DNA of 64,000 bases from an uncultured delta proteobacterium (GTDB lineage: Bacteria > Desulfobacterota > Binatia > UBA9968). Of this stretch, positions 53,236 through 63,949 are shown piece after piece. Every line of letters starts with the position of its first letter. Position 1 is the first letter of the stretch. The DNA lies in the NCBI GenBank assembly GCA_963755715.1, contig CAVWLW010000003.1, forward strand, positions 64,001-128,000. The letters are read 5' to 3'. The notes under the pieces were generated by a model that was not told where the DNA came from, did no database searches, and worked only from the letters and a program-made list of their open reading frames with translations. Both the position numbers and the translations under genes were made by a program.

Positions 53236-53685
53236 ATGATGTCAAAGAAATGCAAATACGCGCTCAAGGCGCTGATCCGCTTGGGCAAGGAATATGGCAG
53301 CGGGAATCTGTTGTTGACGGATGATATTGCCAGATCGGAGCACATTCCGAAGAAATTTCTCGAACAGATTCTGCTCAATTTAAAACACGCGGGCTATGTG
53401 CGGAGTAAGCAAGGTTCTAAGGGTGGCTATCGGCTAGTCCAGGATCCGAATCACATTACTTTAGCGGAGATCTATCGCTTGTTCGACGGCGCGATCGCGC
53501 TCGTGCCCTGTGTTTCGCAAAAATTTTATGAAGCTTGCGATGACTGTCCGGACGAGACGATCTGTCGGCTGAAGCCGGTCTTCATCGATGTGCGCGAGAA
53601 GACGTACGCGTTATTTTCGGAAACTACGATTCAATCTTTTCTCGACCGTCACGGCAGCGGCCAGCCACCTAAAAAGAGTCGGTAG
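53236..53685 (+). CDS. Rrf2 family transcriptional regulator
   Basis: KYALKAL, IPKKFLEQIL, SKQGSKGGY.L, RLFDG, C-x8-C-x2-C-x5-C. Confidence 0.93.
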   Translation: MMSKKCKYALKALIRLGKEYGSGNLLLTDDIARSEHIPKKFLEQILLNLKHAGYVRSKQGSKGGYRLVQDPNHITLAEIYRLFDGAIALVPCVSQKFYEACDDCPDETICRLKPVFIDVREKTYALFSETTIQSFLDRHGSGQPPKKSR

Positions 53686-53713
53686 CCCCTTAAAAAATTT
53701 TTTCCGGTGATTC

Positions 53714-53755
53714 TTGACAAAGCTGATAGATTTACTTATCTACTAATTCAGTAGA
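53714..53755 (+). promoter_or_regulatory. promoter with a candidate Rrf2 operator
   Basis: TTGACA at 53714; perfect palindrome TCTACT-N5-AGTAGA at 53739-53755 over the expected -10/start region. Confidence 0.6.
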
Positions 53756-53788
53756 ATTTATCGATGTTCTATTTTTCCAAAGGAATTT

Positions 53789-54178
53789 ATGGTGGAAGCC
53801 ATGATCCGTTCAGAGCCGATTAGACGAAAGATGCGCCAGTTTCTTCACGGTTCGTCGAGCCAACGGAAATCGGCGCACTTGAATAGCGTAAAAACCGATG
53901 GAGCAGTTGTGCGCTTGATTGCCACGCCGCGCCGTGAACCGATGACTCCCATCGAGCAGCGGTTGATCGCCATGCTTAAGAACGCCGGCCCGATTCCTTT
54001 TGCCACGCTCGTTAAGACCGCCGCCAAGGATCTTTATCTAGAAGAATTGCGCCAAGGGGCCGGAGTCTTGGATATCGGACTGTTCGGTGAAGGCTTATTC
54101 AATCGGGACCTCGTTCGAGAGCTTCTGTCGGGGGATGGCGTCTTGTGGGAAATAAAACAAGAACGAGAAAGTCTATGA
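53789..54178 (+). CDS. hypothetical protein, 129 aa, first gene after the operator
   Basis: AAGGA RBS; intact ORF between rrf2 and sbp; no family recognised. Confidence 0.65.
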   Translation: MVEAMIRSEPIRRKMRQFLHGSSSQRKSAHLNSVKTDGAVVRLIATPRREPMTPIEQRLIAMLKNAGPIPFATLVKTAAKDLYLEELRQGAGVLDIGLFGEGLFNRDLVRELLSGDGVLWEIKQERESL

Positions 54179-54370
54179 CAAGAATCCATTCGCTCGATCG
54201 TCACAAGCTCGCTTCCTACGCCAAGCGTTATCATTCCGAGCGCTGTCGTCCTTAAGCCTCTTGCAGTCGGCGGCTAAAGAATCGTCGTTTTTTCTCGGTC
54301 ATATTCTTGATCGATTGAATTGATTTACTCATCAACCAATCGAATGCGAATCATCGCAAGGAGTTAAAAA

Positions 54371-55372
54371 ATGTATTGGCGCTATCTAACTTTGATTTTA
54401 GCTTTGTTGAGTCTTTTGCGGGTGAGCGAGGCGCACGCGCAGAGAACGTTGCTCAACGTTTCCTATGATCCGACACGCGAGCTCTACCAGAATTTCAACG
54501 CAGCGTTTGCAAAATACTGGAAGACCAAGTCCGGAGAGTCGGTTTCAATCAAGCAATCGCACGGCGGTTCGGGCGCCCAGGCGCGTGCGGTCATCGACGG
54601 TCTCGAGGCCGACGTCGTGACCTTGGCGCTTGCGCCTGACACCGATGCGATAGCGGCAAAAGGGCTGGTTCATGCCGACTGGCAGAAACGTCTGCCGCAA
54701 AACAGTTCGCCTTACACTTCCACGATTGTGTTTCTCGTTCGCAAAGGAAACCCAAAGGGCATTCGCAATTGGGATGACCTCATCAAGCCGGGAATTTCGG
54801 TGATTACACCGAATCCAAAAACTTCCGGCGGCGCAAGATGGAATTATCTTGGCGCGTGGGGATACGTTCTCGGCAAGACGGGCAAGAGTGAAGCCAAGGC
54901 GAAGGAATTCGTCGCCGCGTTATACAAGAATGTTCCCGTGCTCGACTCCGGCGCACGCGGTTCGACCACCACCTTTGTCGAACGCAACATAGGTGACGTG
55001 CTGATCGCGTGGGAGAACGAAGCGTTTCTCGCGCTCAAAGAGTTCGGTGCCGACAAATTTGAGATCGCCGTTCCGTCGGTCAGCATTCTTGCCGAGCCGC
55101 CGGTCACGGTGGTCGACAAAGTAGTCGACAAGCGCGGCACTCGCGCGCTCGCGCAGGCTTATTTGGAATATCTCTACACGCCGGAAGGCCAGGAGATTGC
55201 GGCCAAGAATTTTTATCGGCCACGTTTGTCGGAGATCGCAAAGAAGTACGGCAAAAACTTTGCTCAGGTAAAACTCTTCACCGTCGACGAAGTCTTCGGC
55301 GGCTGGGGCAAGATCCAGAAGGCGCACTTCGATGACGGCGGCGTCTTCGATCAGATTTATCAATTGAAATAG
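54371..55372 (+). CDS. sbp: sulfate ABC transporter substrate-binding protein
   Basis: [42 protein letters not shown]. Confidence 0.96.
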   Translation: MYWRYLTLILALLSLLRVSEAHAQRTLLNVSYDPTRELYQNFNAAFAKYWKTKSGESVSIKQSHGGSGAQARAVIDGLEADVVTLALAPDTDAIAAKGLVHADWQKRLPQNSSPYTSTIVFLVRKGNPKGIRNWDDLIKPGISVITPNPKTSGGARWNYLGAWGYVLGKTGKSEAKAKEFVAALYKNVPVLDSGARGSTTTFVERNIGDVLIAWENEAFLALKEFGADKFEIAVPSVSILAEPPVTVVDKVVDKRGTRALAQAYLEYLYTPEGQEIAAKNFYRPRLSEIAKKYGKNFAQVKLFTVDEVFGGWGKIQKAHFDDGGVFDQIYQLK

Positions 55373-55385
55373 TGAGAGCAGAATC

Positions 55386-56218
55386 ATGAAGCGCGCTTTC
55401 CGCTCGCACAGTATTCTTCCAGGGTTTGGCCTCACGATGGGCTTTACGGTTTTCTATCTGAGCTTGATCGTGTTGATCCCGCTCGGCGCGACTTTCTTGA
55501 AGACTTTTAGCGCGGGCTGGGGCCATTTCTGGGAAACGGTCAGCGGGCGCGCGCGCTTTGGCGTCTTATCGTTTGAGCATCGGCGCTTCGTTGGTCGCGG
55601 CGGCTATCAATAGCGTGCTCGGTTTGCTCGCCGCCTGGGTGCTGGTGCGCTATGAGTTTCCCGGCAAGCGGATCGTCGATGCGCTGGTGGATTTGCCCTT
55701 CGCTCTGCCGACGGCCGTGGCCGGCATTACGCTTACCGCCATGTTCGCGGGCAACGGTTGGGTCGGGAGCTTGGCTCGAGCCTCTGGGTATCAAAGTCGC
55801 TTTCACTTGGCTCGGCGTCGTCGTAGCGTTGACTTTCATCGGCTTGCCGTTCGTGGTGCGCACGGTGCAACCGGTGCTGCAGGAACTGGATCCGGAATTC
55901 GAAGAAGCGGCGGCGACTTTGGGTGCGGGCCGCTGGCAGTCTTTGAAAAGAGTTGTGTTCCCGGAATTGCTTCCGGCGTTATCAACCGGCTTTGCGCTGG
56001 CATTTGCCCGCGCGGTCGGCGAATACGGTTCGGTGATTTTCATCTCGGGCAACATGCCGATGAGAACCGAGATCACGCCGCTGCTGATCGTGACCAAGCT
56101 GTCGCAATACGATTACGCCGGCGCTACGGCGCTGGCGGTAGCGACCTTGATGATGTCGTTTGTTTTATTGTTCCTGATCAATTTGCTCCAATGGTGGAGC
56201 CGCGCGAGATACGCATAA
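55386..56218 (+). CDS. cysT: sulfate ABC transporter permease (indels near 55550 and 55770)
   Basis: [50 protein letters not shown]. Confidence 0.93.
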
Positions 56219-56223
56219 ACTGT

Positions 56224-57126
56224 ATGGCAACTGACATTGCAAATAGCCAAACTGTGCAGGGTCAACCCATTGCCATTGGCGAGCCGCGCTGGGTTCGTGT
56301 CGCTTTGATTAGCGTGACGCTGCTGTTCTTGGGGATTTTTCTGTTTTTGCCGCTGATCGTCGTATTCACCGAAGCTTTCAAAAAAGGCGTCGAGGTCTAT
56401 TTTCAGTCGATCCGCGAGCCGGATGCCGTGAGCGCCATCCAACTGACTTTGATCGCGGCAGGGATTGCGGTACCGCTTAACTTAATTTTCGGTGTCGCTG
56501 CCGCCTGGGCCATCGCCAAGTTTCAATTTCCCGGCAAGAGCTTTCTCATTACCTTGATCGATCTGCCCTTTTCCGTTTCGCCGGTGATCTCCGGGCTGGT
56601 CTATGTTTTGTTGTTCGGCCTGCAAGGCTGGCTCGGTCCGTGGCTCGCCGAGCATGACATCAAGATTATTTTTGCCGTGCCGGGCATCGTGCTCGCTACT
56701 ATTTTCGTCACGTTTCCTTTCGTTGCGCGCGAGCTGATTCCCTTAATGCAGTCCCAGGGCAGCGAAGAGGAAGAAGCGGCGCGCGTCCTCGGCGCCGGCG
56801 GCTGGCAGACTTTCTGGCGCGTGACGCTGCCGAATATCAAGTGGGGACTTTTGTACGGCGTTATTCTATGCAACGCGCGGGCGATGGGCGAGTTCGGCGC
56901 GGTGTCCGTAGTTTCCGGCCATATCCGCGGTATGACCAATACGCTGCCGCTGCACGCCGAGATTCTCTACAACGAGTATAACTCCGCGGCGGCATTTGCA
57001 GTGGCGTCGTTGCTGACGATCCTGACGCTCGTGACGATCGCGCTCAAGGCCGCCATCGATTGGAAGTCGCAAGGTGAAGCGCGCGAGGTTCGCGCGATTC
57101 GCGAGCAAGCGTTGGCCGAGGCTTAA
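56224..57126 (+). CDS. cysW: sulfate ABC transporter permease
   Basis: [43 protein letters not shown]. Confidence 0.95.
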   Translation: MATDIANSQTVQGQPIAIGEPRWVRVALISVTLLFLGIFLFLPLIVVFTEAFKKGVEVYFQSIREPDAVSAIQLTLIAAGIAVPLNLIFGVAAAWAIAKFQFPGKSFLITLIDLPFSVSPVISGLVYVLLFGLQGWLGPWLAEHDIKIIFAVPGIVLATIFVTFPFVARELIPLMQSQGSEEEEAARVLGAGGWQTFWRVTLPNIKWGLLYGVILCNARAMGEFGAVSVVSGHIRGMTNTLPLHAEILYNEYNSAAAFAVASLLTILTLVTIALKAAIDWKSQGEAREVRAIREQALAEA

Positions 57127-57127
57127 G

Positions 57128-58256
57128 ATGAGTATTGAAATCCGCAACATCAGCAAAACTTTTGGCGATTTCGCGGCGCTCAAGGACGTGAGCTTCAAAG
57201 TCGAAACCGGTGAGCTGGTCGCGTTGCTCGGGCCGTCCGGCTCGGGCAAGACGTCGCTCTTGCGCATCATTGCGGGAATTGAAATCCCGGATGAGAACCG
57301 CGGCGCGATCCTGATTCACAACGAGGATACCACGGCGATCAGCTTCCGCGACCGCAGGGTCGGTTTCGTGTTTCAGCATTATGCCTTGTTCCGCCACATG
57401 ACGATTTTCGAGAACGTCGCCTTCGGTTTGCGCGTGCGTCCGCGCCGCCTACGGCCGTCAGAGAGAGTCATCAAAGAAAGAGTCAACGAGCTTTTGAAGC
57501 TCGTACAGTTGGATTGGCTCGGCGACCGCTTGCCGTCCCAACTTTCCGGCGGGCAGCGCCAGCGCATCGCGCTGGCGCGCGCTCTCGCGGTGGAGCCCAA
57601 TGTGCTGCTTTTGGACGAGCCCTTCGGTTCCCTCGACGCCAAAGTGCGCAAAGAGCTGCGCCAATGGCTGCGGCGTTTTCACGATGAGCTTAAGATCACC
57701 AGCGTCTTCGTCACGCATGATCAGGAAGAAGCTTTGGAAGTGGCGGACCGGGTGGTTTTGATGAATGAAGGCCGGGTCGAGCAAGTGGGCACACCGGAGG
57801 AAGTCTATCATCATCCGGCCAATGCGTTCGTTTACAATTTTCTCGGTAACGTCAATTTGTTTCACAGCCGAGTGGAAGAGGGAAAAGTTTATCTCGGCGA
57901 GCTGCCCATCGAGTTGCCGGCGGAAAGCGCGCCGGACGCCAAGTCCGCTCTGGTTTTTGTCCGCCCGCACTTATTGGAGATCGAGCATCAACGCGAATGG
58001 CGGTGATAATTTCCATGCGAAGGTGACTCATATCAACGCCGCGGGTCCGCTGGTCAAAGTCGATCTGATGACCGATTGGGGTGCTCCCGTTCACGTCGAG
58101 CTCTCGCATGGGCGATATTCTTCGCTTGGTTTGAAGAGGGAAGATGAGGTGTACGTGCGGCCGAAGGAGAGAAGGGTCTTCGTCAAAGCAGAAACGGGCG
58201 ATGAATCAAGGAAGTCAATCGACGAGCAGCGGTCGCGCATAGTTTCGGTTGCTTGA
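57128..58256 (+). CDS. cysA: sulfate ABC transporter ATP-binding protein (frameshift near 57997)
   Basis: [44 protein letters not shown]-like tail. Confidence 0.94.
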
Positions 58257-58500
58257 CATGGCATTGCCGGCCCATCGCTAACGGACAGGTTGCCTACCTT
58301 TTATCGATCGGCTCGATTTCAGTTGCCAGTCCCAATAATCCGTAACCAAAGAATGAGCGGATCGTTGCGTTCTCGTGCCGACCCGTCGCTGGTTTGTTCC
58401 TCTGTTGTCGCTTCTACTCGGCGTCTGCACTACGGTCTTCGAGCTTGATTGTTTTCAAAGCGAGGTCTAAAGCCTATAAAACAGCAAGCAGCGTGGGACG

Positions 58501-59484
58501 ATGAAGAAAGTCGTATTTTTGGCCGGAGTATTTCTTTGGTTTACATCGCATCAGCACGCTTGGAGTCAGACGCGGACCAAACTCAACGTGGTGTATCCCG
58601 CCGTCACCGGCGTGATGACGGCGTTATGGGTCGCGGCGGAATCCAAAGCATTCCAAAAATACGGACTCGATGTCAGTCTGCTTTACATCCCATCGGCTCC
58701 CCAGGTCGTTCGGGTGATGTTGGCAGGAGAGTCACAGATTAGCGTTACCGGGGGCGCGGCGGTGGTCAGTGCCAATCTCGGCGGCGCGGATTTCGTTTTT
58801 ATCGGCGGCATCGTCAACGTTCCGGCGTTTTACGTCATGGCGGCGCCGGAGATCAAAAGTATTGAGGATCTGAAAGGTGCGACCGTCGGCGTCACCCGTT
58901 TCGGCTCTTCTTCGGATTTTGCGATGCGCTATGTGCTGCAGAAGCACGGCTTGAGACCGGAAAAAGACGTGACTCTGCTTCAGCTCGGCGGCATGATCGA
59001 GTTGGCGACCGCGCTATCCAAGCGGCTGGTCGCGGCGGCGACGCTCTCGTCACCCGCCGACCTGCGCGCGCGCAAGAGCGGCGCACAGGAATTGGTCAAC
59101 ATGGCCACGACCGGAGTTTCGTTCCCCCAATCGGCGATCGTCACGACTCGATCCTACATACAGGCGCACCAGGACGATGTTTTGAGCTTTCTCAGAGGTT
59201 ACGCGGAAGGAATGCAAAGAATGATGGCGGACAAAACGATGGCAAAAAAGGTCATCGAGAAATATACCCGAGAGAGCGATCCTGAGATTCTCGAGTCGAC
59301 CTACCGCTACGGCGTCGATTACATCGCGCCGATCCCATATCCTGCTAAAGAGGGGATAGCCGAGATTCTCAGACAAAGCACTCATCCCAAAGCCAAAACG
59401 GCGAACCCGGATGAGTTTGTCGATATGAGCTTGGTCAAGAAATTAGAGGACAGCGGGTTTTTTCGTCGAGTCAATCAACGATGA
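58501..59484 (+). CDS. ABC substrate-binding protein, NMT1/SsuA-like
   Basis: Signal peptide, FQKYGLDV, EDLKGATVGVTRFGSSSD, FVDMSLVKKLEDSGF. Confidence 0.9.
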   Translation: MKKVVFLAGVFLWFTSHQHAWSQTRTKLNVVYPAVTGVMTALWVAAESKAFQKYGLDVSLLYIPSAPQVVRVMLAGESQISVTGGAAVVSANLGGADFVFIGGIVNVPAFYVMAAPEIKSIEDLKGATVGVTRFGSSSDFAMRYVLQKHGLRPEKDVTLLQLGGMIELATALSKRLVAAATLSSPADLRARKSGAQELVNMATTGVSFPQSAIVTTRSYIQAHQDDVLSFLRGYAEGMQRMMADKTMAKKVIEKYTRESDPEILESTYRYGVDYIAPIPYPAKEGIAEILRQSTHPKAKTANPDEFVDMSLVKKLEDSGFFRRVNQR

Positions 59485-59514
59485 CGATTGCGCCGTCATA
59501 AGAAAGGGGAAGAC

Positions 59515-60654
59515 ATGATTCGTGGCTATCCAGTCTTCGATGCCGACGCTCACGCCATGTTGTGTCCAAAGATGTGGGAGGAGCTTCCCGCGACTTACGC
59601 TGCGCGCCGGCCGCGTCCGGTGCGCATCGATGATTCTGCGGATCTCGGCCGCTGGACCAACGCTTGGTTGATCGAAGGGCGACTGCTGCCCGCGCCGTTC
59701 GGTCCGGGAGCGCAACCGGGCAATGAGCCGAAACGAGTTCTTAAAGAATTTGGCGCGCCGGCGGACTCGGCGCATTTTTCCATCGGCAGCATTACCTTGG
59801 CGGATCCGCAAGCGCGCATTCGCGATCTCGATGAAGCCGGCGTCGACGCCCAAATGCTTTTCCCGACCACGCTCTACGCGCGCATGACTGCCGAGCCCGG
59901 TTTCGAGGCTGCGCTGTTCCGCTGCTACAATCGCTACATGGCGGATCAATGCGCGTTTAATCCAAGGCGGTTGAAATGGGGCGGGTTGTTGCCCATGCGC
60001 GATCCGCGCGAAGCATTCGAAGCGATCGACGAGATGCAGAAGCTCGGCGCCAGCGCCGCGGTGGTTTTTGGAACGGTAGGGGAGCGCCTTTTGTCGCATT
60101 CGACGTTTCTGCCGATTTGGGAGAAATTTGCGTCTACCGGCCTGCCGCTCTGCGTTCACATGGGCATGAGCTACACGCCTTTCGAACAGGTCTGTCAGAA
60201 CCTTTTTGAAACCCACGGCATCGGCATGAGCCTGCCGGCGCAACTGGCTTTTGTCGCGCTGGTCGGCGACGGCATCCTCGACCGCTTTCCATCGCTGAAG
60301 GTTGCCTTTCTGGAATTCGGCGCCGAATGGATCTTCTACATGATCGGCCGGCTGGGACATTATCTGCCGATTGACCGGCGCGATATGCCGAACAAGGATT
60401 CGCTGCCTAAACACCGCATAGAAGATTATTTGACCTCGGGCAGACTCTTTGTCGCCGCTGAAGCCGAAGACCAACTGCTTGCGCACGAGCTCGCCGTGAT
60501 CGGCGAAGACCACATTGTTTGCTCGACCGATACGCCGCACTCGGAAAAGCGCGAAAACTCAGCGACCAAGATTATCGAACGGACCGATCTGTCGGAGCCG
60601 CAGAAAAGAAAGATTCTTTATGACAACTCGGTACGGCTCTTCGGCGCGCCATAG
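59515..60654 (+). CDS. amidohydrolase_2 family protein
   Basis: FDADAH, DLDEAGVDAQMLFPT, YNRYMAD, CVHMG, LEFG, STDTPH. Confidence 0.9.
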   Translation: MIRGYPVFDADAHAMLCPKMWEELPATYAARRPRPVRIDDSADLGRWTNAWLIEGRLLPAPFGPGAQPGNEPKRVLKEFGAPADSAHFSIGSITLADPQARIRDLDEAGVDAQMLFPTTLYARMTAEPGFEAALFRCYNRYMADQCAFNPRRLKWGGLLPMRDPREAFEAIDEMQKLGASAAVVFGTVGERLLSHSTFLPIWEKFASTGLPLCVHMGMSYTPFEQVCQNLFETHGIGMSLPAQLAFVALVGDGILDRFPSLKVAFLEFGAEWIFYMIGRLGHYLPIDRRDMPNKDSLPKHRIEDYLTSGRLFVAAEAEDQLLAHELAVIGEDHIVCSTDTPHSEKRENSATKIIERTDLSEPQKRKILYDNSVRLFGAP

Positions 60655-60743
60655 GCGCAGCGTTTACACGGCCTGCTTAACGTTGTTAACTATAAGTATA
60701 GGCATCGCGTAATTTGCCGGAAAAAGAGAAAGGAGCCTCGTTT

Positions 60744-61552
60744 ATGTCTGAAGCAGTTACCGTTGAAATCCCTTACACAATTGACAACGGTGAAGTTCTC
60801 GTCAACGAATCCTTCGGCCCAAAGAACATTCACGGACGAAGGTCGGGAACGGTGGAGCTGAAAACGATGACGCTGCTCAACGGCCGGGCGCTTGGCGAGC
60901 GCCTTTCTCTCGACGAGCAAGGCCTTGTCTTTGTCGAACATAAGACGAAGGTCGCGGATTTTTTCGATGAGAACCAATTGAAGTCCGTTTATTACCCGGA
61001 GATCGAACAGTTGATCAAACAGGAGTCGGGCGCTGCGCGCGTGGTGATATTCGATCATGCGCTGCGCTCGGGCGACCTGGATGAGCGGGAGGAAAAACTC
61101 ATTCGCACCCCGGTTCTGCAGGCGCACAACGACTACACGGAATGGTCCGGTCCAAATCGGGTGCGCGAGATTCTGCCGGACGAAGCCGACGAATCTACTC
61201 AAGCATCGGTTCGCGATCATTCAAGTATGGCGCGCGATCAATCGGCCGATCCAATCCAATCCGTTGGCGCTTGCCGATGCCAGAAGCGTTGATGTTTGAC
61301 GATCTGATGGTGGCGGAGCGCCGCTACCCACACCGGGTGGGCCAGACTTATCGGCTCAAGTACAATCCGCAGCACCGCTGGATTTATTTTCCCGAGATGC
61401 GCCGTGACGAAGCGGTCGTTTTCAAAGTTTACGATTCGGACAAGAATCGGGCGAGATTTACGGCGCACACCTCGTTCGCCGATCCGGCAACTCCCCCGGA
61501 CGCGCCGCCGCGGCAGAGCATCGAGATGCGCGCGTTCGCGTTTTTCGCGTAG
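60744..61552 (+). CDS. CmcJ/NvfI family oxidoreductase (indels near 61195 and 61270)
   Basis: YYPEIEQLIK, FDHALR, AHNDYT, QVWRAI, PLALADA, AHTSF, RQSIEMR. Confidence 0.85.
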
Positions 61553-61721
61553 CAGGCTGCTGAAAAAGACCCATAGGCTTCGTTGCGCTCAATCGCCTCG
61601 CGTCAACGTACTGTGAGTACGCCTTTAGCCTGTCCTGAGCGAAGTCGAAGGATCGAATTTTCGCGCGCCTCGCCTCTGGATCTTTTTGAGAGCCTGCAGA
61701 GGTTTTTTCAGCAACCTGCTA
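61550..61721. mobile_element. MITE-like element, 172 bp, with IS5-like terminal repeats and an internal REP half
   Basis: TAGCAGGCTGCTGAAAAA versus TTTTTCAGCAACCTGCTA (17/18); internal CCTGTCCTGAGCGAAGTCGAAGGA; no coding capacity. Confidence 0.75.
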
Positions 61722-61752
61722 GCTAGTGATTAGATTTTCTTCGGAGGGATTC

Positions 61753-62310
61753 ATGAGTATTCGTGTGGCAGGAATTGTCGGAAGTTTGCGAGAGGGCTCA
61801 TTGAACAAAGGTCTATTGCGCGCCGCGGCCGAGTTGGCGCCTGCTGGAATGGAAATCGAGATTTACACTCGGCTCGGCGATATTCCGCCCTACAACGATG
61901 ATGTTTTCATGAAAGGCGATCCGGAGCCGGTGGCCGATCTGAAAAATTTTATCGGCGGCGCCGATGCGCTGCTGATTTCCACGCCGGAGTACAATTACGG
62001 TGTCCCCGGCGTGCTCAAAAACGCCATCGATTGGGCGTCGCGGCCGGCGGGCAAGTCTGCGCTCAACCGCAAACCAGCGGCGCTCATGGGTTGTTCGCCT
62101 GGATTGGGCGGCACGATTCGCGCCCAACACTCATTGCGGCAGTCGTTTGTCTTTACCGAAACGCACGTGATGTCGCAGCCGGAAATCAAGATTCCTTCGG
62201 CGGCGGCGCTGTTCGATGCTTCGGCAAAACTGACCGATGAAAATACCCGACAATATGTAAAAAAATTCCTCGAGGCTTTTGCGAAATGGATCGGCCGGTT
62301 CAAAGACTAA
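61753..62310 (+). CDS. NAD(P)H-dependent FMN reductase (SsuE/ChrR flavodoxin-like)
   Basis: GSLREGSLN, TPEYNYGVPGVLKNAIDWASR. Confidence 0.92.
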   Translation: MSIRVAGIVGSLREGSLNKGLLRAAAELAPAGMEIEIYTRLGDIPPYNDDVFMKGDPEPVADLKNFIGGADALLISTPEYNYGVPGVLKNAIDWASRPAGKSALNRKPAALMGCSPGLGGTIRAQHSLRQSFVFTETHVMSQPEIKIPSAAALFDASAKLTDENTRQYVKKFLEAFAKWIGRFKD

Positions 62311-62361
62311 CCGATCGGCGAAAATTGCGTCAGTCCTACGAGCCCAAATTCCCACGCGGCA

Positions 62362-62426
62362 TTGACAGTCATAAACCTCATCAGGTAGTCTGCGCGCGAA
62401 ATTGAGACCATTGGAGTCGGTCTCAA
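62362..62426 (+). promoter_or_regulatory. sigma70-type promoter with a downstream palindrome
   Basis: TTGACA-18-TAGTCT; TTGAGACC-N9-GGTCTCAA at 62402-62426. Confidence 0.5.
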
Positions 62427-62454
62427 AACATCAGCGAAAATGGGAGGCAAAAAT

Positions 62455-63901
62455 ATGTGGAAGAACTTGGCTCTTGGGCTCGCGCTGGCGACGCTTGTCG
62501 GTTTCAGAGCAGAGGCGGCTGATAGCGACCTGCAACAAATCGCCGACGCGTTGGACGTATCGACGACTAAAACATTTCAATTTACCGGTAACGGCTCGAT
62601 GTATAATCTTGGTCAAAATGTCAATCCGGCCGCGCCTTGGCCGAGATTCTTCGTGAAGAGTTTCACGCGGGTCTATGATTTCACAAATGGGGCGATGCGC
62701 GATGATGTCGTGCGCATGGCGGCCGAGCCGCCGACGGTTGGGTCCCGAACAGCAAGCCATCACAGCCGTCAGCGGCGATCACGCCTGGAACGGCACGGGC
62801 AAAGAAACGGCGCCGAGACTGTTTGAGGCTCCGCAGCGCGCTCATGAGATCGTGATCTCACCCCACGGGCTGGTTCGCGCGGCGTTCGCTAGCAACGCGA
62901 CCGTAACGAAAAAAAACATCGATGGCCGGCCGATGACCATCATATCATTCACCTATCAGGGCAAAGACAAGGTGGTGGCTTACGCCAACGACCAAAACGC
63001 CCTCGAGCGGGTCGAGTCTTCTTATGGCCATCCGATCGTTGGAGATATGAAGGTTTTGACCTATTACGGACCCTACCGCGATTTTGCCGGCGTCAAGTTT
63101 CCGACGAAGATCATTCAATACCAAGATGGCTTAGCCACGCTGGATTTGACGGTTACCGCCGTCAGAGCCAATCCGCCGGTTGATATCCAGGTTCCCGCCG
63201 ATGTTCAAAGTGAACCAGTGCCGGTGAAATCGGAGAAGGTGGCGGACGGGGTTTGGTATATCACGGGCGTTAACAACAACAGCGCCCTGATCGAGATGAA
63301 GGACTATCTCATTGTGGTCGAGGCGCCTCACGGAGAGCGGCGTTCTCTGGCTGTCTTAGGCGAGGTAAAGAAGTTAGTGCCGAACAAGCCGATCAAGTAT
63401 TTAGTTAACACGCACCATCATTTCGACCACGCTTCCGGTGTCCGTACCTACGCGGCTGAGGGTGTCACCATCGTAACCCACGAAGTTAATCGCCCGTATT
63501 TTGAGCGGGCCGCGTTGAACTCCTGGACATTGGCGCCGGATCGCTTGGCCAAATCGAAAAAGAAACCAGTGTTTCAAACCATGGGCGACAACATGGTATT
63601 GACCGATGGCACGCGCTCGGTCGAACTCTATCAGATCGTCGGTAATCCGCATCACGATGGCATCATCATGGCGTACTTACGCAAAGAAAAACTGCTCATC
63701 GAAGCCGATGTGTATACTCCCCTCGCGCCTGGAGCCGAGCCTCCCAAGGTTCCCAATCCACAAGCGGTCAATCTGGAGTCCAACGTCCGACGCCTCGGCC
63801 TCGAGGTCGACCGGATCGTATCGATCCACGGCCGGATCGTACCTTATAGCGAGCTGCTCGCGGCGATCGGCAAAAAGCCCGCGCCGGCAAAACAAGAGTA
63901 G
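62455..63901 (+). CDS. exported MBL-fold metallo-hydrolase with a long N-terminal domain (frameshift near 62743)
   Basis: Signal peptide; YRDFAGVKFP; NTHHHFDHASG; IEADVY; SIHG. Confidence 0.87.
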
Positions 63902-63912
63902 TCTTATCCAAG

Positions 63913-63949
63913 CAAGACGCGAGCGCTTGGTAACGGCGCTCGCGTCTTG
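63913..63949. terminator. perfect 14-bp hairpin after the MBL gene
   Basis: CAAGACGCGAGCGC-9 nt-GCGCTCGCGTCTTG; the U-tract is weak, so it could be a REP. Confidence 0.55.

Noticed and set aside
55558-57126. 522-aa CysT-CysW fusion in the ORF track
   Set aside because: Artefact of indels in cysT; cysT ends at 56218 and cysW has its own ATG at 56224.
58257-58500. Riboswitch or ncRNA in the cysA-SBP spacer (also checked 31307-31515 and 51490-51849)
   Set aside because: No SAM, TPP, cobalamin or FMN consensus recognisable by eye; a covariance-model scan would be needed.
1-63901. Frameshifts in about 22 genes (glgC, glgA, glgB, malQ, selD, hydantoinase subunits, SBPs, RO2, cysT, cysA and others) as programmed frameshifting or mass pseudogenisation
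   Set aside because: Mostly single extra bases at unrelated, non-slippery sites, with intact motifs on both sides and no accumulation of nonsense codons. This is the pattern of uncorrected long-read error; read polishing would settle it.
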